Source: Antechinus flavipes (Eukaryota). Taken from it: a stretch of DNA of 64,000 nucleotides. Below the pieces are notes generated by a model. That model was not told the origin of the DNA. It made no database searches and saw nothing but the letters and a program-made list of their open reading frames with translations. Numbering within the stretch: the first letter of the stretch is position 1; each line of letters begins with the position of its first letter. This document shows, piece by piece, positions 24,293-36,240 of this stretch. Both the position numbers and the translations under genes were made by a program. Location of the stretch: positions 691,982,001 through 692,046,000 of the forward strand of contig NC_067398.1 of assembly GCF_016432865.1 (NCBI RefSeq), read 5' to 3'.

Positions 24293-25039
24293 TTTTTGCC
24301 CCAAGTCTAGAACTATCTTAAGAATGGGTGCTCTTTGGCCTTGACATTACTTTGTGGATAATCTCAAGTTTGAGAAATTCTGAATTCAAGAATCAAATTG
24401 TCCAGAGTTAGATTCCCTGTACACAGAACTTCTAGAGGAGAAGGGGATTGCAATGAGGAGGATCACTCAACAGGGTAATTAAAGCCATCCAAGTGTCCAG
24501 ATCTTCACCATCCCTCCACGATAGCATCAGGTTGCTTAGAGTGGGCAAAGTTCCAACATGAATCAGGAGTAATTGTTTAAAGAAAAGTGTCATAAGATCA
24601 TTGACTTAAAGGTCATGGATCTAAGCTCCTCATTTTGCAGATGAGTAAACTGAGGCCTGACAAGAGGTAAATCAACCAGCCTAAGGTCACACAAATTTCC
24701 TGGGAAATCTGAGCACGATGGGCTATTTGAGTCTTTTTTGTTTGCTGGATTTATTCACAGGCCTGTAAGACTTTTGTCTAATGTATTTTTATATCACTAT
24801 CTTACTGACCCTCTTGGAATTGAACCTGATTTGTGACAGTCCAGAGGTCCTTGAGGTGAAGGAGAGGGGAAGGCTGAGTCCACTGGATCACTTTAAAACA
24901 ACCACCAAAGAACAAATAATATTGGAGGAACTTTGAAAACAATGGCAAAGTAGAATGCTATTGAAGAAGCTGTGAATTAATTTAACTACTATAGGAAACA
25001 ATTTGGAATTTCAGGAGAAAAGTCACTAACTTGTTCATA

Positions 25040-25490
25040 GCCTTCGACCTAACGATCCCATTTGTCCACTTACTCACGGAGAACAAAGACATTAGGAAAG
25101 GTCCCATCTAGACCAAAACATTCCTAGAAATCCTTTTCTTAGAAGTAGCAAAGAACAGGAGGGAAAAACATGTGCCTGTTGGTTGGGGAACAGTCAAATA
25201 AGCTATGATATATAAATATAAATATGATTGTGCATTGAGAAAGGATGAACATGAGAAGCTTAGGAAGACTTGTCTGAACTGATGCAGAGCAAAGGAAGCA
25301 GAAACATAAGAACACACACATTGACTGCAATAAGTACAAATTTAAAAAAACATCAAAAGGAAGTCCCAATGAATATGTGCCCACATACTTATATATAAAT
25401 ATAATGGAATTATGATTGTGCATTGAGAAATGGTGAACATGAAAAGCTTAGGAAGACTTGTTTGAACTGATGCAGAGCAAATGAAGGGGG
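25040..25490 (+). mobile_element. L1 ORF2-end fragments containing a local 71-bp duplication
   Basis: atagccttcgacctaacgatccca..; tatgattgtgcattgagaaa..gatgcagagcaaa occurs at 25223-25293 and 25411-25481. Confidence 0.7.
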
Positions 25491-26889
25491 AAAGGGAATG
25501 AAATATACCTCTCCCTCCTCTTTGTATTGTTTGTTCAGTGGACAAAGCATAAGATCTGGAGTCAGGAAGATACTTACCTCAGACACTTAGCAGTTTGTGA
25601 TCCTGGGAGAGTCACTTATTTTCTTTCTGGCTCAGTTTCTTCATCTGTAAAATGGGAGTAGAAGCAGGGTTGTTATGAGAATCACATGACATAATGTAAT
25701 ATAATATAATGACATAATGATTTTAAAACACTTAGCATAGTATCTGGCACATAGTAAGCACTAAATAACTACTGTTATTATGATGAAAAATTAATTGCAT
25801 TAATATGCAATATTTTGCATATTAATGCAAAATTAGATAATATTTATAGAAGGCTTTATATATCTTGAAGTATCATATAATGAAAATTATTGTGATGATT
25901 ATTAAGAAATGATCAAAGGATATTTCTGGGCCCTATCTTTGTATTGTCAAGAGAAAGTAAAGAAGACCTTAATACATGAGATGGACCACCATGGCAAAAT
26001 TACTGGAGAACAAGGACAGAAATTTCACAACATGGGCAAGCTTCAAGGGTCCATGACATACTTCCCTTGAGGGGACTTCCACATATAGGAGATCAAAAGC
26101 TACATGGGTAAAAGCCAAAACCCTAGAATGCTGGGGGTGAGAGTGTCACTGATCTTCAATCAGTTGAGTCATGTATGACTCTTCTACCATTTGGAGTTTT
26201 CTTGGCAAAGACACCGGAGTGATTTGTCTCATTTTACAGAAGATGAAACTGAGGCAAACAGAGTAACATGAATTGTGCAGGGTCAAACATCTAGTTTGGC
26301 CAGATTTGAATTCAGGTCTTCTTGACTCCAGATCTGATACTCTTATCTACTATGGAGCCCCCTTGCTATCCCTGTCCTTTCATTTTCATTTGTATCAATT
26401 CATATAATTCTATCTTCATCATTCATTCACTCATCACATCATTCACTCATTCATCATTTCTTTTAGCAGAGTCCTATTCCTTTATGTTCACATCCCAACA
26501 TGGTTAGCCATTTTTCCAACCAATGGGCATCTATTTTGTTTCTACAAAAAGTGTTTCAATAGATATCTTTGGACACTCACATCCTTATATTTAAGTCTCC
26601 ATTGAAAGAAAGCCAAGTCAGTTAGCATAACTGCAGCATCTGATAGTATAGAGATGTTCTTCACCTGGAGCCTCCCACTTTATTCCAAAGAGGGTTAAAG
26701 TCATTGACCTGTGTCTGGGAGCTTGCTTGATAACTTTTGATAACTTGATACTTTTAATATAATTCTCAAAAAAGCTTCACCAGATTCACTGCCCAAGAGC
26801 GCTTTAGAAATGTTCATTATTATCTGAGCCCTAATGTAGACAATTTGGGATAATTCTGCCAGAGTCCAACGCCAGGGGCAGAGAGGGCT

Positions 26890-27550
26890 CTAGATAGATA
26901 GATAGATAAATAGTTTGGATGGATAGATGGATATAGATAAGTAATAGATGAATGAATTGATAGAGATGTATAGATAAATAGATATAGATAGATAAATGGA
27001 TGGATGGCTAGATATAGATAGAAGGATGGATGGATATAGATAGGTGATAGATGGATAGATAGATGAAAATAGATAAACAGATACAGATAGATAAGTGGAT
27101 AGATATAGATAGATGGATATAGTTGGGTGGATGGATATAGATAGATAGGTGATTGATAGATAGAAATGGATATAGGTAAATATATAAAGATGGATGGATA
27201 GATACAAATAGGTGATAGATAAACAGATGGATAGATAGAAGAAAATAGATGGATGGATAGAGAAATATAGACAGGTAGATAGATAAATGCATATATGCAG
27301 ATACATAGATGGATGGATACAGATGGATGAATGGATGGATAGATATAGATAGATGGATGAATTAATGGATGGATAGATATAAATAGATGAATGAAAAGAT
27401 ATAGATAGATGGATGGGTACCTAAATGGGTAAATATAGATAGATGGATAGGTAGATATAGAGAGATGGGTGATAATAAATAGATAGACAGATGTACGGAT
27501 ATAGATAGATGAATGGATGGATAGATATAGATAGAGGGATGGATGGATGT
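26890..27550. repeat. Compound (GATA/GGAT)n microsatellite; resumes at ~28180-28275
   Basis: gatagatggatggatatagatag.. over ~660 bp. Confidence 0.95.
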
Positions 27551-27922
27551 AGAGGGCCAGGAAGTAAGAATCCATTTCAGGTTTTTGAAACTTACAATAG
27601 CTTGGCTCACCAACTTCCCTTTTCTGTATACAATAGCAGAGACAGACTTATTAATACATTGATAAAGATCCTGGCGACTAAAGCAAAATGCAAACTCAGC
27701 TATATAATAGATCAAAGACATACCTTTGAACTTAGGACAGGAAAAACAGCCCACAATAGAGACTAAAGGCATTTGAGAGACATGTACTTGAGGACATTGG
27801 AATGATAATTTTGCTCCGATGTGTATCACAATTGTTTATATCTCTATTGAAGTGGCCAAAATCATACATCTCAATAGATTGGGCTTGTTAGAAAAGATAC
27901 AGGAATATCAAAGAGTGTACTT

Positions 27923-28094
27923 NNNNNNNNNNNNNNNNNNNNNNNNNNNNNNNNNNNNNNNNNNNNNNNNNNNNNNNNNNNNNNNNNNNNNNNNNNNNNN
28001 NNNNNNNNNNNNNNNNNNNNNNNNNNNNNNNNNNNNNNNNNNNNNNNNNNNNNNNNNNNNNNNNNNNNNNNNNNNNNNNNNNNNNNNNNNNNNN
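27923..28094. other. Assembly gap
   Basis: Run of N. Confidence 1.
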
Positions 28095-30711
28095 ATAAAT
28101 TTGAAGATTTCATAAGGAGGTCTTTCTCCTGGCTTCTGATTCTCACATTCTTATCACTACTGGGGCTGGACTCCAGCAGGTGGATGGATATAGACAAATA
28201 GATAGGTGATAGATGGATAGACTGATGGATAGATATAGATGGATGGATAGATAGATAAATAGATGGATGATTGATAGAGCGAGCTATTTAAGAGTTGGAA
28301 GGGACATTAGACATTATCTAGTCTAATCACCTAATTTCATAGATAAGGAAAAGCCCTCAGAGAAATAGTGATTTACTTAAGGTCACACAGATTGGTTCTC
28401 TTTTCTGCTGGGTATTTGGAAGAGCCAATCTAGGGATTCTCCTTCCTGGACAGATGGTAGCAGCATCAGTTCTGGGGCTTAGTACCAAGTGAACTGAACA
28501 CAATTATAATTATAATAAAAGCTAACATTTACAGACTGCTGGTCTTCATTCTTCTCCAAGCTCCATTCTTGGCTTTCCATGCCTCCTCTGCCATGTTACA
28601 TAATTCTTTTCTCCTTGGAAACTAACGTAACCAACCAATAAACATTTGTTAAGCACCTACTTTGTGCCAGGCTCTGTGCTAAGTGTAGGGGTTATAAAAA
28701 GGGGGGAAAAACAGCCCCTGCCTTCGAGGATTCCACCCTTGGATTCCTCACACTGGAAGTACTCTCTCCAATGCCTCCCCGTCCCTGCCCCCTTCCTCCA
28801 ATTGATCTGTTCCTCTCAGAACCTCCATTTTAAGGAAAATACCCAGGTCCGTTGTCTTTATTTCTTTGCAGGCGGCACTTGTGACTCTCCCAATTTTTTT
28901 TTCCATAGCTGGAAACCTATTCTATTTGTCTCTCTCCATCCCCCAATTTCCCAGGTTTTCAGCATTCTTTTTGTGTTCTGTCTTCCCCTATTTATTAGAA
29001 TGTAAGTTCCTTGAGGACAAGAACTGTCTCTGTGCTTGTATTTATATTCCCAAGACTTAATAGTGCCTGGCACACAGTAAGGGTCTAATAAATGCTTGGT
29101 GACTTGACTTTAAAGTTTTCAAAGCATTTTGATTATCTCAGTATAATAGCCTCATAACAACTACAGATTGTAGTTGCTATTGTTAAATTCATTTTACAAA
29201 ATAAAGTGCCCTGATAAGTCTCAAAATCAAAACTTCCTGACAGCAGATTTAGAAGTCGATCCATTTCGCCACCTTCTGCCTGTACTATTACTCTGCAAGA
29301 TCGATTGCAAAAAAGTTTAGAATTTTGAAAAATGATTCATTCATTCGATAAATATTTCTATAGCACCTACTGTGTTCCAGGCATTGTGCTAAGTGCTAAG
29401 AATATAAAAAAAGGCAAAAAAGATAGTTCCTGCTCCCAACGAGTTTACATTCTAATGATGAAGTCAACATGTAAATAAATTTGTTCAAAACAAGCTACAG
29501 GAGAAACAGGAAAAAATTAACAGAGAGAAGGCACAGCAGTTAAGAAGGTTAGAGAAGACTTGCTCCCGATCGTGCATCTGGATTCTCACCATTTTTGATA
29601 CAAGAACACTCACACCAGTTCTCTCACCAGTTGCTCCCTCCGAGCCTAAATGTCTAATCAAAAAGATGATATGGATTAAGAACTTCAAGTCATGGTTTCC
29701 ACTCCCAAAGAGCTTGGAGCACAAGCCAGAAATGAAATGATTATTTTTATAACCCATTCCAAAGAAAGTAAGTTCACTTTCTAATCATAACTACCCAGAA
29801 AATTCAATTATTAATTATAGTTCAAGCCCCAAATAATGACCTCTGGATTACTTGGGTAACCACTTCAAATCGCTTTGTTTTGGGAGGGTAGGGAAAAGTC
29901 TGGACCTGGGATTTCATTGGTGTTGAGGACTTCCTTTGCGGAAACTTTCTCCACTGATCCATAGCATGAGGTCATTGAAGACTGAAATGATTTTGCCCAT
30001 AGTCACAGAGCTAATACATGCCAGATTAACCCTGGTCTTCCTGCCTCCGAAGCTAGCGCTCTCTGCAATGTGCTGTGCACTCTTCAGTAAGGATGTGGAC
30101 TCCTAGGTACTTATTTAAGATAGGAAACACAATTCAGTTTTCCCTCAGTTATCCTTGGACAGGGAAGCAAAGGGGACAGTCCCAAATGAAATACACCGAT
30201 AGCCCAGAAAGCTTTGTTTTAGTCTCAATGGACCAGAGATAAATAGACAGAAATTAAATCATTCTTATGCTAACAATATCAGAGGTAATGTTCAAAAGCA
30301 AACCCGATGCATTTGAGTAGTATCTTCCCTTTCCTCTCTTTCCTTTGGGGTGGATGGGAGAGGGGTCCAATAAGGGAGGGGGAAGAGGAACATATCTTTT
30401 GGATAATTCATATATTGGATAATCGGCCTCTAACTAAAACATCTAAAACTGAATCATTTAGGGTTGAAAGGAATCTCTTCTGGGTCAGCTCCCTCATTCT
30501 ATAGAGAACTGAGGTTTAAGAGATTAAGTGTCTTGTCCTAAAATAAGTAGCTAAGGGGATTCAAATCCCATCAAGTCATTTTACTTCTTTCTGCCTCAAC
30601 TTCTTCAGCTGTAAAATGGGGATAATATTTTCTAAGTTTGTTGTGAAGATCAAATGAGTTTGAATTCATATATGTAAAGCAAGTCATAAAGACCTATAGA
30701 AATGCTCTTAT

Positions 30712-30950
30712 TGTTGTTCAATCATTTCATTTGTGTCTGACTCTCTGTGAACTCATTTGGGGTTTTCTTGGCAAAGATACTGGAATGATTTACCATTTTC
30801 ATCTTCAGCTCATTTTACAGATGAGGAAACTGAGGCAAACAGGGTAAGGTGACTTGCCCAGGGTCTCACAGCTAGGAAGTATCTAGGGCCATTGAACTCA
30901 GGAAGATGAATCTTCCCAACTCCAGACCCAGAACTCTTTCCACTATGCCC
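30712..30950 (-). mobile_element. Mar1-type CORE-SINE, near full length
   Basis: ttgttgttcaatcatttc..ggggttttcttggcaaagatactgg..cagctcattttacagatgaggaaactgaggcaaacagggtaaggtgacttgcccagggtc. Confidence 0.85.
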
Positions 30951-32611
30951 ATTATAAATGCTTGCCTAGCTATTAGTCCACCAGGACCTTCAGATCTTTT
31001 TTTGGATGAAATACCATTTTCCTCCCCACACCCCATCTTGTATTTTTTGAATGCACGTATGATCTCACTATAGTCCAGACTTCAAACCTAGAGTTCTTTG
31101 CACTGTGCTCTGCTTGGAGTCCCCTTTAGAAAAACGAATAGCTTTTGTGAAACCTGAGGCAGGCTAAAGACCTCGACTTTTCACAAGCGGAGTTCTTTCT
31201 GCTAGCTGCATGCTGATGGCTTCCTACTGGTTTGAATTAGAAGCTATCTCCACGAAGTGCTGGGAGGAGCAGCTTTTTTGTATTTATTCTGGACCCGCAG
31301 CCAGTGGAAAAATATCTTCCACGGCATTTTTCTTGGCTGGGAGACCTGTTTTATTTGGAGAACAATTGAAGACGATGAGCAGCCTTGGATGCAAATTCTA
31401 CTTGACAACTTCTTGACTCAAAAATGAGGCTGAATAGGAAATTCCATATGGACTCTCATGTGCCTGGAGACAGAGTTGCATACAGAGCTGGGGCTCAGGG
31501 GAATGGGAATCATCGCTCCTTCTGCAAGTGCTACTAGATTTATTATTTGCTCCCCCTCACAAGCCCCACTACAAAAAAAAAAAAAATCAGTGTTCTCTGA
31601 ACGCACAAGGAGAGCTCCAAAGAACTCTGGGACTGGCATTCAGCATCTCTGGGATACCGCTCCAGGGCCTCACCCCAGTCTTTCCAAGTTCTTGAAGGGG
31701 AAGGCAAAACTTTTCAACGCTCTCAGCAGAAATTAGTTTTATTTGTCTTAAAATAACACAGGCCATGGCAACTCAGAGGCTCCCAGCAAGCTGTGACAAA
31801 CCTGCTCATAAATCCCATTCATTTTCATTTTTTTCTAATTAAGCCCCAAGGAGAAGTCTCCTTCGTTGCCAAAAGCAGGATGCCATGCGGACTGCCAATA
31901 ACTAGAAGCTCCATTGGCTCCAGCTCATATACATAAAGTGGAGATGGAAGTCTCAGTTTTCTCATCTATAAAATGGGGATGATAATGCTCCTCGTACCTA
32001 CTACACCACAGGGTTGTTGGAAGAAAAGTTCAATGCTTTGTAATTAGAGTAAGAACCAACCAGATGCGTCGCATACTGGAAAAAAGCCTTTGACAACTTT
32101 GAATTTTCTCTAAAATGCTCCCAGCTGTGATCTCTGAACTGAGAAGCAGGAGTCGGAACAAAGCCTGAATTTATTTATCACTGCTGTTTCAAGGGTTAGA
32201 AGTCCTACAAAGAGCATCCTCTAAAGAAAACTAGCAACATCCAAGATTTCTGCTGGGGACCCCATGTTTCCTAGCTTTCTACAAAACACGCCTCGGTGCC
32301 CCCTCCTCCAAGAGACCTTCCTTGATGGTCTCTCTGAAGAGGGCTCTGCCTCTTGAAATCTTTCTCCACTCCTTTGCATTTCGTTATTCGTGGATGGGTT
32401 GTTCCCCTAGAAGATTCTGCCATTTGAAAGCAAGAATTGGGGTATTTTTATCTTTGTTTTCCTAGCTCCAAACTCAACTTTGTTTGCCGAATTGTGGCAC
32501 AAATCTGGATCTTGCCCTCCTCAAGTTCACTGGACATGGAAGAGAATGATTTTCTAGCAACTCCAAGTTTAAAGCTTCTTTTGGGGAGAGATCTTAAGAG
32601 AGTTCTATAAG

Positions 32612-32790
32612 TCTAGAGCAAAACTTCTCATACTGTGAGTCTCGGTTCCATAGGGCGACACGTAAGAATTGGGGGTTGGAAATTATGTGTTTGATTTGTG
32701 TATCTATTTTATATACCCAGGATTGTATAAAAATTTCTTGAACAAAAAGGGGTCACAACTAGAAAAAGGTTAAGAAGTCCTAATCTAGAT
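32612..32790. mobile_element. hAT-Charlie-type MITE
   Basis: Flanked by gtctagag and atctagat; terminal aaaaggttaagaagtcc; related to 21215-21410. Confidence 0.55.
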
Positions 32791-35104
32791 GATACTATAG
32801 ATCCCTAAGATGTTTTAACAACCCAAGTGCAAAAAAAAACCTTTAGGGGGAAGTCCCAAACTCTTAGAAAACTATACCGGCCCTTAGCATTAAGGGTTGT
32901 CTCTTTAGTGACCCCCAAATTCCATTTTTTACAAAGACACTCCAAGTCCTGTAAGTCTTGATTGGACTGTTTAAGACCAAAAGAAGAACATATAGAGGAG
33001 GAAACATAACCTGTAGTAGGGAGAGAACGGTGTGAGCAGATAGGGGAGATTTTAGAAGAGAAGAGAAAGCTTGGAACAGGTGTTTGGGGGAATTGAGACG
33101 GAGGCTCAATTGGGTGGGAGGCAAAGAATTACCTTGCTGCAGAAAGGACCCAGGGGAAATTAGAAAACATAAAATCAGCGTGGAATCTAGTTCAATTCAG
33201 CAACACGGCAATAAGAATAGAGGAGTCAGATGGAGGAAAAAAATGCAGAGTGGGGAGTATTAAAGGCCAAGGGAGCAAGGGGTTAGAGAAGAGAGGTAGT
33301 GGAACATTTAACTAGTTAATTAGAAGACAATGATTGAGGGGGGGAAGAAGTCAAAGAAAAGAAAGGATTCTTTTTTTCAATTTAATAATTATGAAGTCCC
33401 AATTTGAGAACTGTTAGACAACACATCTTGGAATCAGAAAGATTCATCTTCAGGACTTCAAATCTGGCCTCAGACATTCATTAGCTACGTGACCTAGCAA
33501 CTCAATTCACCCCATTTGCTGCCTCAGTTTCCTCATCTGTAAAATGAACTGGAGAAGGAAATAACAAATGGCATCCGGGAGAGTCATCAACAATGTCCAT
33601 AAAAATAAATCCCCTACTTTGCTCAAGACATTGTGTCATAGTGGAAAAAGAATCAGCCTTAAATCAGACAGGTTCAAGTTCCACGTGCGATGCTGGGCAA
33701 TCACTTGACTTCTCAAGGCCTTGGGCAATCCTCTGTGGCAGAAAAGCTCCAGACCTGCATGGATCGAGTTTCCCCACCTGCCAGCTCTTCATACCAATGA
33801 AATCATAGGGGCTGTCCCCATCTCTATTTCCTACTTCGTCCACGCACTGAACCTATTATACTATATCATATGGACTTAGCTGTTTGTTGATAAATCTCAT
33901 TAATAGCAATTCCATGTAAGAAAAGTCCTTAAGCCGCAGGATCACATCAAAATATCAGTGAAATCTGCTTTTAATCATTTCCCGAGTTTTTCTTTTTCTT
34001 TCTTAGTAGTTCAATTTATTCACATAACATTCTGCAAACTGCTGAACCAATACCTAATGAGAAACTCCTACCATTGTGTGTATGCAAGTGTAAAATATAC
34101 TATGATACCCTAAGGAGCCATGATTTCACCTAAACACATTGTGATCCAATTTAGTTCAATGAGATAAGCATGCAGAATCCTAAAATCCTGGATTTAAAGC
34201 TGGAAGGGCTCATATAAACTATCAACTCCAAGTTCTTCCCATTTTACAGATGAGAAATGTCTACAAGGCACAAGTTATTTTTGTTGCTGTTCAGGCCCAT
34301 GATTTCATCAGCATGGGGAGCTCCCTGGTGAGGGAATGTCTTGTCTCAGGGGAATTCTACAACCTTCCTGAAATGTGCTTGTCATAGGGAGTTGCCCGGG
34401 GTACTAAGAAATGACTCACCCAGGGTCATCCGGCCAGAATGGATGGTCAGAGGTGGGACTCACTCTATATCTCATGCTATCTCCATGGCTACTACATGAA
34501 AAGTCATTGAAGAGATGGAAAGAGCACTGACTATCAGGGAAAGTTCAAAAGATTTTGGTAGGAGATGACCCCTGATCTGTGCTTTGAAGAAAAATAGAAA
34601 TTCTAAGACTAAATATGGCTCGTACAAAGACATGGAGGTCAGAGATGAAATGTCATGTCCAGGAAAAAACAAATAGGCCAGTTTAATGAGAGCTTAGAGT
34701 TTCCATTAAAGGGAAGCTGGGAAATAAATGTCTTTGAGTATACCCTTAGTTAAGGAACAGGACAGGGATGGTGATCCAGCAAAGGAGGCTGGGAAGAAGT
34801 GGAAAGATAAAAGGGGAACCAAGATACAACAATACTTTGAAAATCAATCAGGAAGAGTACCAAAGTGGCAAGGGAAGTTAACAGTATCAGATGCTCCTGG
34901 AGTAGGGGGAGTCAAGAAGGACTGGGGAAACTAGTATTTATATCAAATTTTAAAATCTGCAAAGCATATTACAGATATTATTTCATTTAATACTCAGAAC
35001 AATCCAGAGAGTTAAATGCTATTATTACCCCCATTTTGCAGATGAGAAAACCAAGATGAACTGGCCCAAACAACAATATTATACAATGATCAATTTTAAT
35101 GGAC

Positions 35105-35520
35105 TCAAGTCTTTCCAACAATGAGATGACTGATGCCAGTTCCAATGGTCTTGTGATGAAGAGAGCCATCTACACCCAAAGAGGGAACTGTGGGAACTGA
35201 GGGTGGAACACAATATAACCTTCTCACTCTTTTTGTTGTTGTTCGTTTGCATTTTGTTTTCTTACTCATTTTCTTTCCTCTTTTATCTGATCTTTCTTGT
35301 GCAGCAAGAGAATTGTGCAAATATGTTTACATATATTGGATTTAACATATATTTTTACATGTATAATGTATATTGGATTATTTGCCATCTAGGGAAAGGA
35401 GTGGGCAGAAGGAGGGGAAAATTTGGAACACGAGGTTTTGCAAGGATCAGTAATGAAAAATTATCTGTGCATGTTTTGAAAATAAAAAACTTTAACAATA
35501 AAAAAAAATTTTAAAAGAAA
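35105..35520 (+). mobile_element. L1 3'UTR with poly(A) tail, relatively young
   Basis: gtgatgaagagagccatctacacccaaagag..atatgtttacatatattggatttaacatata..ggaaaatttggaacacgaggttttgcaagg..aaaataaaaaactttaacaataaaaaaaaa. Confidence 0.85.
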
Positions 35521-35589
35521 AGAAATTGGCCCAGAGTTTAATTTTTCCAATAACTGTTACAAGTCTAGTGTAAGATGCTGCTACTGTGG

Positions 35590-36240
35590 GTCAGATTTGA
35601 AAATGGCATTGAGGATACAAAAAAAAAAGTTTCTGCTCTCAGGGAGCTCATGTTCTATTAAAAGAGACAATATGCAAACAAATATGTATGAGCTAAATAT
35701 AGGAGGAAATGGAGATAATCCCCAGAGAGGAGGCACTCTCATTAAAGGAAATTGGGAAAGGCTCTCAAGAGAAGATGAGATTTTAGCTGGGATTTTAAGG
35801 AAGCCAAGGAGGCCCCAAAGCAGAGATGAGGAGGAAAATCATTTCAAGCTTGGGACATGGCCAACGTTGGAAAATGGAGCGTCTTATATGAGAAACCTCA
35901 GGAAGGTCAAGGGCACTGGATGGGAGAGTGATTAGAGAGGGGAATGAAGTATAAGAAAGCTAAGAGGATAGGGGGAGGCCATCCTATAAAAGGGACAGAT
36001 GCTGAGGGATTTTATATTTGATCCCACAGGTAATAGGGAGCCATTGAAGTTTATTTAGGAGAGGAAAGTGACATTCACAGCTGTGCTTTAGAAAAAAATC
36101 AATTTGACATTTGAGCAGATAATAATAGGAGTGGGGAGAGACCCCTTTATGGATCAGAAAGGTTTTAAAATTACATAGTCTCAGGGATGAGTGCAGTGTG
36201 GTGTAAAGAAAAAATATGTAGATGAATATGGTAAGAAGCA
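35590..36240 (-). mobile_element. L2 LINE remnant
   Basis: ctcagggagctc..tttatatttgatcccacaggtaatagggagccattgaagtttattt..aaaaaaatcaatttgacatttgag. Confidence 0.7.

Noticed and set aside
26820-27575. 251-aa and overlapping ORFs rich in YLSI/IHPS
   Set aside because: They are translations of the GATA/GGAT microsatellite.
33133-33136. Possible NCAM1 3-nt AAG exon
   Set aside because: The segment is 4 nt (CAAG), and no NCAM1 MSD or constitutive exons are recognisable in the window.
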